From Candidatus Enterousia sp. (lineage in GTDB: Bacteria; Pseudomonadota; Alphaproteobacteria; Rs-D84): a DNA stretch of 64,000 bases. Where the stretch lies: positions 2,016-66,015 of the forward strand of contig JAZRSO010000036.1 in the NCBI GenBank assembly GCA_045651525.1, written 5' to 3'. Shown piece by piece: positions 25,589 through 34,965 of the stretch. Under the pieces are notes generated by a model, which saw nothing but the letters and a program-made list of their open reading frames with translations, ran no database searches and was not told the origin of the DNA. The translations under genes and the position numbers were made by a program. Each line of letters opens with the position of its first letter. Position 1 is the first letter of the stretch.

Positions 25589-27841
25589 ATGGCAATTAAA
25601 TTCAACTTTTTATCAGCGTCCGGCAAAGGAAAAGGAATCGGTATTTTCGATTCTAAAAAGTACAAAGAACACGAACAAACCCCACTTGCGCGTGAGTTTT
25701 GGTCAATCCGTTGGACAATTATAATCTGGCTGATTGCCGCGCTGATGTTCGCATGCAGTTTCCCGATTGAACATATTTGGCGATATGGCTGGTCGCCTGC
25801 GACAAATCATTGGATTGCGATTTATTTTCACCAGATGCTGTCATCTTTTGGTATGTCTGTACTGGCACAAATTCCTGCATGGCTGGGGCGTGTTGCGTCA
25901 TATCCTGATATCGCGTGCATAACACCACTGTTGCCAATTGTTGGGTATTTCTTTTTAGCAGACGCAACAATGACAGATGAATTTAATCCACATTCCAAAG
26001 ATAAATTTGATGAAAAGTCTTCACGCAAGGCAAACGCAAACGACATAAAAAAAATGGCACAAAACCACAAAAATACCGAAGGTTTATTCAAAGGATTTAT
26101 GATGGTATTGGGCTATTTTAAAAACAAAGGTAAAAATGTTCCGCTGATGATGGACGAATGTTTGTCTGCTTTGCTGTTGGCACCTGCTGGTGTCGGTAAA
26201 ACACAGGGTGTCGTTATACCAACAATTTTAGATTGCGATAATGTATCTATGATTATAAACGACCCAAAACCTGAACTGGACGAAAAAACATCTGCATATC
26301 GTGCAACATTGGGACCTGTATTTATTATGAACTGGGCCGCCCCAGACGAACCTGAGAAAGGTATTTATTACCCTGCATGGAATCCATTGTCACCTGAAAA
26401 CTTGCCTGTATCTGCCGAAGAACGCAGTACATATATTCAGGTTATCGTAAATTCAATTATCGAAGAAAACGCCAAAGACCCACACTGGTCAAACACGGCA
26501 CGCGCAGCATTGACCGGATTTATCAACTTTATCGTTTCCAAGGTAGAACGCGCCAAAGCAAACGATTATTTTTATTACAGACTGAAAAACGGTACTTTTG
26601 ACGAACAAGACGCAGCCGTTTTGATGGATTATTATATGACAATGACGACTGATCCAAATGCGTATGCTGCAATGTCATTGTTACAACGTGGCGAATTAAA
26701 TATAAATAACTATATTCACGTTGGAACATGGGGCGGACTGCCGCCAGAATGGCATGGTGGCGAAGCGTCAATCCCAATGTTCTTGGCCTGGTATGTCGAA
26801 GGTCAAATAAAGGTCGCAAACGAACTGGAAGAACGCAAACGCCAGGGCGACCAAATGGTTATGATGGCAGACCCAATGAAAGACTTTTTAACCGAGGCTA
26901 TCAATGAAGCACGACTGTACTCGTATGAAAGTGATGCAATTTCTGCACTTATCAACCTTGCAAACACACCTGACAAGGAACGTGGTTCTGTTATATCAAC
27001 GATGAATGCCGGATTAAACATCTTCCGCCACCCTGCGGTAAACAAGCATACACGTCATTCCGACATTCATTTTAGCGACATTCGTGGTATGATTGACCCA
27101 ACAGACGGGAAAATGAAACCAACCACAATCTACCTATCAATGAATGTGGCAGATGCACCCGCGTTTAGCGCAATTACCAGTATGTTTATTGAACTGTTAT
27201 CAAACTTTTTGATTGCAAATCCACCAGAAAAAATGAATCACGGACAAAAGCTGGGGCCGTATCCTGCACTGTTTGTATTGGACGAAATGCCAACAATGAA
27301 TAAGTTAGAGGCTGTTATCCGTGGTCCTGCGGTCGGTCGTGGTCAAAAAGTTTCATACCTGATTGTCGGCCAGGACATCAGTCAGATTGCAGAAAAATAT
27401 GGCGACAAAGCCGCTGAAACAATTATTGCAAATACTGCTGCCAAGGTTGTAATGCGTGTTAATGATTATGCCACCGCAGAAAGATTTACACGTATGATTG
27501 GCAAGAAAAAGGTTAAAAAGAAAGAAAAAGGCCCAGACGGCAAGGATACAGAGGTTGAAAAAGAAGAAGACTTGTACAGCCCAATGGATTTGATGACATT
27601 ACCAAAACAAAAACAATTGGTATTGTTCCAAGGTTCGTACAATCGCCCGATTGAGGCTGATGGTGAATGGCACTTCTTGCGCAAGACACCGATTCAAATT
27701 GCATTGGACGACAAGGTCAGAATGGGACGCGCATCGCCAATTCCAGAATACTTAATACCAAAACACCATCGCGCATTACGATACGATGGCAAACCGAAAG
27801 TATATGACGCAAAAACAAAAACAGTAAAAGAATTAGCATAA
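25589..27841 (+). CDS. virD4: Type IV secretion coupling protein VirD4/TraG family
   Basis: 750 aa with N-terminal TM helices. Walker A-like LLAPAGVGKTQGVVIPTIL, Walker B FVLDEMPTMNKLE, and YLIVGQDISQI. Confidence 0.85.
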   Translation: MAIKFNFLSASGKGKGIGIFDSKKYKEHEQTPLAREFWSIRWTIIIWLIAALMFACSFPIEHIWRYGWSPATNHWIAIYFHQMLSSFGMSVLAQIPAWLGRVASYPDIACITPLLPIVGYFFLADATMTDEFNPHSKDKFDEKSSRKANANDIKKMAQNHKNTEGLFKGFMMVLGYFKNKGKNVPLMMDECLSALLLAPAGVGKTQGVVIPTILDCDNVSMIINDPKPELDEKTSAYRATLGPVFIMNWAAPDEPEKGIYYPAWNPLSPENLPVSAEERSTYIQVIVNSIIEENAKDPHWSNTARAALTGFINFIVSKVERAKANDYFYYRLKNGTFDEQDAAVLMDYYMTMTTDPNAYAAMSLLQRGELNINNYIHVGTWGGLPPEWHGGEASIPMFLAWYVEGQIKVANELEERKRQGDQMVMMADPMKDFLTEAINEARLYSYESDAISALINLANTPDKERGSVISTMNAGLNIFRHPAVNKHTRHSDIHFSDIRGMIDPTDGKMKPTTIYLSMNVADAPAFSAITSMFIELLSNFLIANPPEKMNHGQKLGPYPALFVLDEMPTMNKLEAVIRGPAVGRGQKVSYLIVGQDISQIAEKYGDKAAETIIANTAAKVVMRVNDYATAERFTRMIGKKKVKKKEKGPDGKDTEVEKEEDLYSPMDLMTLPKQKQLVLFQGSYNRPIEADGEWHFLRKTPIQIALDDKVRMGRASPIPEYLIPKHHRALRYDGKPKVYDAKTKTVKELA

Positions 27842-27867
27842 AAACACCGGCAAATGCCGGTATTTTT
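27841..27867. terminator. Bidirectional terminator (CACCGG family)
   Basis: Stem ACCGGC/GCCGGT with loop aaat, followed by T5. Confidence 0.7.
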
Positions 27868-27871
27868 ATTA

Positions 27872-28420
27872 TTATCTTGCAGGTGCAATTATAATAGATT
27901 TAGTGCGTTCGTCTGGTTTTGACTTAGACTCCATCGTTCCCTTGTCGCCAACCAATTCCATTATACGCGCAAACAATTCTGGAACAGCATCTTTACCACG
28001 TCCCAAAACCCGCTTGTCACCACGTGTCATAACAGAAATCTTTACCTTGTTACCATCGGCCAAGAATTCAAAAACCTTTTTCATTTTGATATTTAAATCG
28101 TTTTCTTCAATAAAAGGCTTTACCCATACATCCTTCATTCCGGTTGTTTTTTGGTTTTTCTTTGCCTCAGACGCGCGTTTTTTCTGTTCATACTTAAACT
28201 TGCCATAGTCCAATATCTTTACAATTGGTACAGGCGCGTTTGCGTTCATTTCAACCAAATCCAGACCATCATCTGATGCAATTTGCAGTGCCTGGGCAAT
28301 TGGCATAACGCCCAAATTCTGGCCATCTGCACTGATTACCTGTACAGTTTTGGCGGTTATACGATTGTTCATACGTGGTCCCATATCACGACGGTTATCA
28401 CGATTAAATGCAGGTTTAAT
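27872..28420 (-). CDS. infC: Translation initiation factor IF-3, probable ATT start
   Basis: AAGGAG, 7 nt, then ATT at 28420-28418, in frame: IKPAFNRDNRRD...RITAKTVQVISADGQNLGVM. The IF3 N and C domains follow. The track's TTG start at 28459 lacks an RBS. Confidence 0.8.
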   Translation of the reverse strand: MKPAFNRDNRRDMGPRMNNRITAKTVQVISADGQNLGVMPIAQALQIASDDGLDLVEMNANAPVPIVKILDYGKFKYEQKKRASEAKKNQKTTGMKDVWVKPFIEENDLNIKMKKVFEFLADGNKVKISVMTRGDKRVLGRGKDAVPELFARIMELVGDKGTMESKSKPDERTKSIIIAPAR

Positions 28421-28462
28421 GTTCGGCTCCTTTGTTAAACATAAGGGAATTATTAACAAAAA

Positions 28463-29236
28463 TTACGCATTTTTCAAGATATTTTGCACATTTTGTAGCG
28501 CTGTCCAAACATCACGCTTGGCCGCTGGCTTTAATATTAAATAATTTGGATGAAATATAGGCACAAATACCGCACCATTTTCCATTTCAACAGGCACACC
28601 ATGCGATTTTGCTAAATTTACCTGTGCGTATTCCAATGCCGGCAATGTACCCAGCGACAAAATAACACGTGGCGCAATCAATTCAATCGCCCTGTCAACA
28701 AACGGGCGCGCCAGTTCTAATTCTTGGGCAGATGGCGAACGCCCACCCGGCGTACGCCAAAATAACATAGGCACAACAGAAACGTCTTTGCGCGACAAAC
28801 CAATCGCAGCCAACATTTTATCCATCAATTCGCCAGACGCGCCACTTAACGCAACGCCTGTTTCGTCATCATCAGAACTGGGCATATCTGTCAAAATCAA
28901 CATCTTGCCCTGCCCTGCGTGTGGTAAAACCGTATTTGTTGCAGCACTTTTTAACGGATGATTGAATTCAACAATCATACGATTCAGACTTTCTATATCT
29001 GTCGGACGCATTGCCATTGAACGCACAGTATCAAGCGACATTGTCTGAACAGGTGCAATTGGCGGCACAATCGTATTCTGGGGACGCGATACAGACATCG
29101 CGGACGGCTCTTGGGCAACCACAGGCGATTTAAATGGCAAAACAGTTGTGGTTTCTGATAATTCCCACTGTACACCAGATAAAACCAAATCGCGTAATGC
29201 GTCACCAGACATTTTGTTTTCCCTTGATTTTTTCAA
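28463..29236 (-). CDS. Uracil-DNA glycosylase family-4-like protein with N-terminal extension
   Basis: C-terminal half reads ...LILTDMPSSDDDETG...SGASGELMDKMLAAIGL...FHPNYLI, which is UDG superfamily (family 4-like) as I recall it. The start could instead be the internal ATG (MSGDAL...). Confidence 0.6.
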   Translation of the reverse strand: MKKSRENKMSGDALRDLVLSGVQWELSETTTVLPFKSPVVAQEPSAMSVSRPQNTIVPPIAPVQTMSLDTVRSMAMRPTDIESLNRMIVEFNHPLKSAATNTVLPHAGQGKMLILTDMPSSDDDETGVALSGASGELMDKMLAAIGLSRKDVSVVPMLFWRTPGGRSPSAQELELARPFVDRAIELIAPRVILSLGTLPALEYAQVNLAKSHGVPVEMENGAVFVPIFHPNYLILKPAAKRDVWTALQNVQNILKNA

Positions 29237-29288
29237 TATTTTATTATAAAATATAACACGAGCAACAAAAACTCAAGGGAGTATTTTC

Positions 29289-29702
29289 ATGAAAATTAAA
29301 AATCTTGCTTTATTGGCTGGTGTTGCAGGCTTGTTGGCTGCATGTGGCGGTTGCATTGTTGAACCTGCAGACCTGAACGATCAACGTGTATTCTTTGATT
29401 TCAACTCTGCTGAAATCACAGAAGATGCTAAAAACAACCTGTTGGGTCAGGCATTGTATATGAAAAACCACGAAGATGTTAAAATCCAAATCGCTGGTAA
29501 CTGCGACGAACGTGGTTCAACAGAATACAACTTGGCATTGGGCGCACGTCGTGCAAACGCTGCAAAATCAGTTATCGTAAATGACGGTATTGATGCAAAA
29601 CGTATCTCTACTATCTCTTATGGTAAAGAACGCCCATTGGTAAAACGTACAGGCGAAAAAGTCTGGAAAATGAACCGTAATGCAACAACAACTGTAAAAT
29701 AA
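29289..29702 (+). CDS. pal: Peptidoglycan-associated lipoprotein Pal
   Basis: Lipobox LLAACGG and an OmpA_C domain: VFFDFNSAEI...IAGNCDERGSTEYNLALGARRANA. Confidence 0.85.
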   Translation: MKIKNLALLAGVAGLLAACGGCIVEPADLNDQRVFFDFNSAEITEDAKNNLLGQALYMKNHEDVKIQIAGNCDERGSTEYNLALGARRANAAKSVIVNDGIDAKRISTISYGKERPLVKRTGEKVWKMNRNATTTVK

Positions 29703-29721
29703 TTCAGTTGGTGTGAAATTT

Positions 29722-29746
29722 AACACCCCGTTTGGGGTGTTTTTTT
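29722..29746 (+). terminator. Intrinsic terminator after pal
   Basis: Stem ACACCCC/GGGGTGT with loop gttt, followed by T7. Confidence 0.75.
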
Positions 29747-29799
29747 GTTGACTTTTATTATTATTGACAAAGCGTGTTTTTGTGTTATACAATAACACT

Positions 29800-30801
29800 A
29801 TGTCAAAAATTGAAAATATTTTTAATAATATCTCGGACCGATTTCTGCCGATTGGCGGATTTGTACGCAATTTAAAATATGCAATGGTATTCAAAACAAC
29901 GCATTGGTGTTGGTATAACTGCCCACACTGTTGCGAAAGTGCCGGTCCAGACAGACCACGCGAATTTATACCAGAAATAATTATTAAATACTATGTAAAT
30001 CAGGCAAATAACGACCCACGCTTTGATAAATCTGTCGTTCTGACAGGTGGTGAAATAATGGCATCTTATAAATTTGGCCCAAAAAACTATGTGCCAAATA
30101 TTATGAAACATATAATGGATTCTGGTGCAAGACTGGACATAAAAACAAATGGCGCATGGGTGCGAACAAGCCTAAAAAAGCAAATTATCAACGATATTGA
30201 ACAATTGGCACAACAATATCAACAAGGCCTGTCTTTGTTCCAAATATCCCTGTCCATGGACACATATCATAAAAACGCAATCGAAAATAACCATGAAATT
30301 ATTCGTGAACTGGCAAAATTAAAAAACACAAAAATACCGGTACATATATCAGGATTTAATGACCAAACAGATATTATGAATCAATTTATAGAAACCTTGA
30401 AACAAGACAAAGATTTAAAGCTAGAATTTTTTGATATGATGTCTAGAAATTCTAGCCCCACCCCTGTAATTGTAATAAATAACCTGTCTGTTTTACTACA
30501 ACCATCTACGAATGCACAATTGTTCAACGGTGGGCGCGCTGCAAACCTATCAAACGCAAAACAAATAGAATACCCGCAATTTAGTTTCGTTACAAATGAC
30601 GGACGTATGCTGATGGCATTTGATACAATGGGCTATGTTACGTTGGGCGAAAATTCTGGACGCAAAATCCGCACAAAATGGAGAAATCCAGACGGAACAC
30701 CGCGACCACTGGCAGATATAAAACGCGATTTGATAAAAAACGCACAATTTGAAGAAATTCGCCAAATTTTAATTGATACAAAAAAAATATTTACAAAATA
30801 G
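29800..30801 (+). CDS. Radical SAM protein, unassigned subfamily (333 aa)
   Basis: CX3CX2C motif (CWYNCPHC) and LTGGE (SAM-binding GGE motif). Start set at ATG 29800. TTGACA (29764) and TACAAT (29788-29793) place the predicted TSS at about the ATG, which would make the mRNA leaderless. Confidence 0.7.
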   Translation: MSKIENIFNNISDRFLPIGGFVRNLKYAMVFKTTHWCWYNCPHCCESAGPDRPREFIPEIIIKYYVNQANNDPRFDKSVVLTGGEIMASYKFGPKNYVPNIMKHIMDSGARLDIKTNGAWVRTSLKKQIINDIEQLAQQYQQGLSLFQISLSMDTYHKNAIENNHEIIRELAKLKNTKIPVHISGFNDQTDIMNQFIETLKQDKDLKLEFFDMMSRNSSPTPVIVINNLSVLLQPSTNAQLFNGGRAANLSNAKQIEYPQFSFVTNDGRMLMAFDTMGYVTLGENSGRKIRTKWRNPDGTPRPLADIKRDLIKNAQFEEIRQILIDTKKIFTK

Positions 30802-30804
30802 CAC

Positions 30805-30834
30805 AAAAACACCGGCAAACACCGGTATTTTTTT
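30805..30834 (+). terminator. Intrinsic terminator after radical-SAM gene
   Basis: Stem ACCGG/CCGGT with loop caaaca, followed by T7. Confidence 0.65.
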
Positions 30835-30862
30835 AATAATTTATTATATTCGCGTTTACCAC

Positions 30863-30892
30863 AAAAAAAGCCGGCATTTGCCGGCCTTTTTT
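30863..30892. terminator. Bidirectional terminator (serves parB on the minus strand)
   Basis: Stem GCCGGC/GCCGGC with loop attt, flanked by A7 and T6. Confidence 0.7.
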
Positions 30893-30899
30893 AACATTT

Positions 30900-31778
30900 T
30901 TATTTTGTTATTTTTTCAACCAATTCAAACAACTGTGTTCTTGTCGCAAAAGATAATATTATCTGCCCTGACCCGCCACGACGCTCGGATATTTTTGCCG
31001 GCACTTTCAAGGCAACAGACAATTGTTTTTCAATATCACGAATCGTTTTATCATCAATTCCATGATTTACATGTTTCTTGGCCCCAGATGAACGCGTGCC
31101 ATTTTTTACCAAACGACCGGTATCTGCAACAGATAAATGTTCTGCAATAATTTTATGCGCCAATTCTTCTGGATTTTGGGCGACTGCGATTGTACGCGCA
31201 TGTGACGCAGACAGTTCGCCCTGCTCTACCAATCCTTGGACAGAATCTGGCAAAGATGTCAGACGCAGCATATTACGAATATAACTTTCCGATTTACCAA
31301 TAAGGCGCGAAACATCCGGCAATTCATAATCACAACATTCCATTAAATTCTTGTAAGCATTTGCTTCTTCGATTGGGTTTAAGTTTTCACGCTGAACATT
31401 TTCAATCAACGCAATTTCCATTGCATTGGTATCATCAATCGCCTTTACCAACGCAGGAATTTCCGACAAACCCGCCATTTTTGATGCACGATAACGGCGT
31501 TCACCTGCAACAATTTCATACAAATACGGACGATTTGATACACTGCGTAATAAAATAGGTTGTAAAACACCCTTTTCCTTGATAGAAGCCGCCAAATCTG
31601 CCAATTCACTTTCTGTAAACGTTTTGCGTGGCTGATCAGGATTTGCACCAATTTGCACCAATGGCACCTGTTTTACAACAACCCGTTCACTGGGGGTCAA
31701 CAAAGAAATATCTGGAATCGCGCCACGCGCTGCACTTAAATCTGCCAAACCGCGCCCTAAACCAAATTTATTTGCCAT
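30900..31778 (-). CDS. parB: Chromosome partitioning protein ParB
   Basis: GLGRGL..., LQPILLR, EIVAGERRYRASKMAG and LIENVQRENLNPIEEA. Overlaps parA by 11 nt. Confidence 0.9.
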   Translation of the reverse strand: MANKFGLGRGLADLSAARGAIPDISLLTPSERVVVKQVPLVQIGANPDQPRKTFTESELADLAASIKEKGVLQPILLRSVSNRPYLYEIVAGERRYRASKMAGLSEIPALVKAIDDTNAMEIALIENVQRENLNPIEEANAYKNLMECCDYELPDVSRLIGKSESYIRNMLRLTSLPDSVQGLVEQGELSASHARTIAVAQNPEELAHKIIAEHLSVADTGRLVKNGTRSSGAKKHVNHGIDDKTIRDIEKQLSVALKVPAKISERRGGSGQIILSFATRTQLFELVEKITK

Positions 31779-32550
31779 CTAAATCTCCTTCGATACGTTG
31801 TACAACCTCGGTCGCGACGCGTAAATACGCCTGGGCGCCAGTTGAATTAAAATCATAGAACAATGCAGGTTTGCCATGACTTGGTGCCTCTGACACACGA
31901 ACATTACGTGGAACAACCGTCTTGAATACTTTGTCGCCAAACGCGGCACGAACATCATCATCAACCGCACGCGTAACATTGTATCTGCGTTCATACATAG
32001 TCAGCAAAACACCCAAAACATCTAATTCTGGATTCCATTTTTCTTTGACAACAGAAATAGTATCTGTCAGTTGCTGAACACCTTCCAACGCAAAGAATTC
32101 ACATTGCAACGGTATTAACACACTGTTTGCAGCCGTCAATGCGTTTATCGTCAAAAACCCCAGTGCAGGCGGACAATCCAGCAAAATATAATCATAATAA
32201 GGCAAAATAGGTTGCAACGCATCACGCAAACGGAATTCACGATTTTCCATATCAACCAAATCAATATCAGCACCCGCCAATGCCTGTGAAGATGGCAACA
32301 AATGCAAATTTGGCACAGCTGTTGACAGTATATTATCTGCAATATTTGCCGTTCCCATAATAACACCGTAAACACTTTGACGATGCGACGCACGTTCAAA
32401 CCCCAGTCCAGTCCCAGCATTCCCCTGTTGATCCAAATCAATCAGCAAAACACGTTTTTTTATCGCTGCCAATGACGCACCAATATTTATTGCAGTGGTT
32501 GTTTTACCAACCCCACCCTTTTGATTTGCAAATGCGATTATTTGTGTCAT
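31768..32550 (-). CDS. parA: Chromosome partitioning ATPase ParA
   Basis: Deviant Walker A NQKGGVGKTTTAINIG, then LLIDLDQQGNA and ILLDCPPALG. Confidence 0.9.
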   Translation of the reverse strand: MTQIIAFANQKGGVGKTTTAINIGASLAAIKKRVLLIDLDQQGNAGTGLGFERASHRQSVYGVIMGTANIADNILSTAVPNLHLLPSSQALAGADIDLVDMENREFRLRDALQPILPYYDYILLDCPPALGFLTINALTAANSVLIPLQCEFFALEGVQQLTDTISVVKEKWNPELDVLGVLLTMYERRYNVTRAVDDDVRAAFGDKVFKTVVPRNVRVSEAPSHGKPALFYDFNSTGAQAYLRVATEVVQRIEGDLDGK

Positions 32551-32653
32551 TTTACCCTTTCCTGTTTTTTATAAAAATACAAAAACCAAACGATTCGGTC
32601 AAGAACTTAAACCAAAACACACAAAACTAATGTAAAATCAAACAAATACGATT

Positions 32654-32669
32654 TATTTCACATGAAATA
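32654..32669. promoter_or_regulatory. parS-like site 1
   Basis: TATTTCACATGAAATA matches 13/16 positions of the parS consensus TGTTTCACGTGAAACA. It lies upstream of parA. Confidence 0.55.
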
Positions 32670-32687
32670 TTATTTTATATTTTTATT

Positions 32688-32716
32688 AAAAAACACCGGC
32701 AAAGGCCGGTGTTTTT
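32688..32716. terminator. Bidirectional terminator (after rsmG on the minus strand)
   Basis: Stem CACCGGC/GCCGGTG with loop aaag, flanked by A6 and T5. Confidence 0.7.
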
Positions 32717-32749
32717 ATTGTTTTAAAGTATTTTCAATACATTATCAAA

Positions 32750-32765
32750 TATTTCACATGAAATC
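32750..32765. promoter_or_regulatory. parS-like site 2
   Basis: TATTTCACATGAAATC has the same core as site 1 and overlaps the rsmG stop codon. Confidence 0.5.
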
Positions 32766-33324
32766 ACCGGCAAAAACGCACAATTATTATAAAACCATCA
32801 CCTGTTTTTGATGGTATTAATTCGTATTCAAATCTGTATTTCTGTTTTGCGACGGCAATTTCTGATTCTATTTCCCGGCCTTTTAATAAAAAAAGCCGGC
32901 ATTTTGTTCGTCCAACATAATCCATTATCTTTACTAACGATGCAAACGCACGCGCAGTAAACACAATTCTATCGTTTTTTGCCGGTAAATGCCGGACAAA
33001 TTCTTCAACACGACCGTGGTAAATCGTCAGGTTTTTTAGTCCTAATTTTTCTTTGACCGCCGATAAAAATGCAACTTTTTTACCAATAGACTCAATACAA
33101 GTTACATTCCAGCCTAAAATCGCCAACACAACCGCAGGAAATCCGGCACCACTGCCCAAATCCACCACATTTACATCATGTGGCAAAACATCCGCAAGTT
33201 GCGCAGAATCGGCAATATGACGCGTTTTAATATCATTCAGCGTACTGGGAGCAACCAAATTCATACGCCCAGACCATTCACGCAGCATGTTTTCATATTC
33301 TTCAAATTTGACATTATTCTTCAT
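32764..33324 (-). CDS. rsmG: 16S rRNA (guanine527-N7)-methyltransferase RsmG (GidB)
   Basis: WSGRMNLV...IADS, SAM motif VVDLGSGAGFPAVVLA, and synteny with parA-parB. Confidence 0.85.
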   Translation of the reverse strand: MKNNVKFEEYENMLREWSGRMNLVAPSTLNDIKTRHIADSAQLADVLPHDVNVVDLGSGAGFPAVVLAILGWNVTCIESIGKKVAFLSAVKEKLGLKNLTIYHGRVEEFVRHLPAKNDRIVFTARAFASLVKIMDYVGRTKCRLFLLKGREIESEIAVAKQKYRFEYELIPSKTGDGFIIIVRFCR

Positions 33325-33345
33325 AAAGAGTATTCTAGCATAATC

Positions 33346-34965
33346 ATGAAGAAAATAGAAAGCTTATTTATTACATCTTGTTTATTTGCCACACTTACTG
33401 TGACTGGGGTTGCAATTTGGGGCGCAATTAGACACAACACACAAGAAAACCAGACAGCAAGTATACCTGTTACACCATTTGGTTCTTTCTTGGCCACACA
33501 ACATGCGATTTACGCAAATGATTTTGAGGCTGCAAATAAATTATCTGCACACCTGCAAGATACACAATATGCAATTGTGCATAACACCAAGATAATTTCT
33601 GAATTCTTGGGCGGTTTCATGCCAATAGACGCGAAATTGTTACGTTCTGAAAAGACGCTGCCAGCACAATTTATTTATGATGCGTACTTGGTAAAAAATA
33701 ACGACTGGAAAGAATTGCACAACCGTCATAAAAATGACGAAGCCGCACTTATCGCACCATTCAGAATTTGGTCTGCAATTGCAAACGACTGGCGAACAAA
33801 TACATTAAAGTTTATTGATAAATTACCAGTCAACGAATCTTGGCGCGAATTTGCACGCGGTCAAATATATGCAGAATTAGGGAATTTTGATAAGGCAGCC
33901 GAACATTTCGAACTGGTAACCCCAGACTTTATGAATATAAACGATTATATTTATATTATGTCTTTTTATCTGTCGCACGATATGCAAGACAGGGCAGGGG
34001 ATTTAAAGGAAAGATTTACCGCCAGACCTGCGGGGATGTTTTTAAAAGAATTTGATAATTTCCCAAACTGGTCTGTATTCAGCGGATATAACAACGCATT
34101 GGCATTCAGCCTGATACAAAATGTATCACATACGCAAATTTTAATGTATTCTGACATGGCATTACTGATGATGCGTTTTGCTGAAATTACTGCGCCTGAT
34201 TTTGCAAAAAACACAGATGCAATTGATTATTATATGGGGCAATTCTTTTATACAAACACCGGAAAATATCAGCAGCATTTTGATAAAATCGACAAATCCA
34301 GTCCATATTATCCTTTTTCTGTATTACGCAGCGCAGAAAAAAATAAAGACATTCAAAAACTGGAATCTATGCTGAAACAGTATCCGCTGTTTGTTCCTGC
34401 AGTAAACAAGGCTGTTGGTCATTATATCAAAATTGGCGACAAACGCGGCGCACTGCGTGTTGTAAATCGCGCGATAAAGAATAAATCTTTGAACGAAGCG
34501 GGCAGGGCGTTTTTCTTGAAATCGCGCGCCCAGATTTATTATTCTTTTGGCGACTATGACAAGGCACAAAAAGACATTCACGACGCGTCTGAAATATTGA
34601 ATATAGACGCAGAAATTCTGGCATTACAGGCAAAAATTTGGGCTGCACAGAATCGTGAAATTGAAAATGCATACAAATATGCAATGACACTTGTTACCAA
34701 AAACCCCAGCGATATTATGGCGTGGGACACATTGGGAACGGTTGTCCTGGTGCGCGAAGGTACAGATGCCGCACTGGAAATATATGAACGGGTTGGAAAG
34801 ATATCACAAACTCATTCGCCGTTATATTTGCACCTTGGGGACATATATGAATCGATTGGCGACAACGACAAAGCAATCAAAGCATATATGCGTGCAATTG
34901 ATTTATCTGATGATGGATTGATAGTCGTCCCTGAAATTGAAAGGAAAATAAGGAAACTAAAATGA
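33346..34965 (+). CDS. TPR-repeat protein with N-terminal membrane anchor (539 aa)
   Basis: MKKIESLFITSCLFATLTVTGVAIWGAI, with C-terminal TPR units (GDYDKAQKDIHDASEI, GDNDKAIKAYMRAIDL). Start moved from 33178, which overlaps rsmG. Confidence 0.6.
   Translation: MKKIESLFITSCLFATLTVTGVAIWGAIRHNTQENQTASIPVTPFGSFLATQHAIYANDFEAANKLSAHLQDTQYAIVHNTKIISEFLGGFMPIDAKLLRSEKTLPAQFIYDAYLVKNNDWKELHNRHKNDEAALIAPFRIWSAIANDWRTNTLKFIDKLPVNESWREFARGQIYAELGNFDKAAEHFELVTPDFMNINDYIYIMSFYLSHDMQDRAGDLKERFTARPAGMFLKEFDNFPNWSVFSGYNNALAFSLIQNVSHTQILMYSDMALLMMRFAEITAPDFAKNTDAIDYYMGQFFYTNTGKYQQHFDKIDKSSPYYPFSVLRSAEKNKDIQKLESMLKQYPLFVPAVNKAVGHYIKIGDKRGALRVVNRAIKNKSLNEAGRAFFLKSRAQIYYSFGDYDKAQKDIHDASEILNIDAEILALQAKIWAAQNREIENAYKYAMTLVTKNPSDIMAWDTLGTVVLVREGTDAALEIYERVGKISQTHSPLYLHLGDIYESIGDNDKAIKAYMRAIDLSDDGLIVVPEIERKIRKLK

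Noticed and set aside
32551-32763. oriC in the rsmG-parA intergenic region
   Set aside because: The region is AT-rich and has parS-like sites, but I found no cluster of TTATCCACA-type DnaA boxes. The only near match I noticed (ATCCACAAA, about 11570) is isolated. I cannot claim an origin here.
33178-33345. N-terminal 56 codons of the 595-aa TPR ORF
   Set aside because: This stretch overlaps the rsmG coding sequence on the other strand. A good signal-anchor start (MKKIESL...) exists at 33346.
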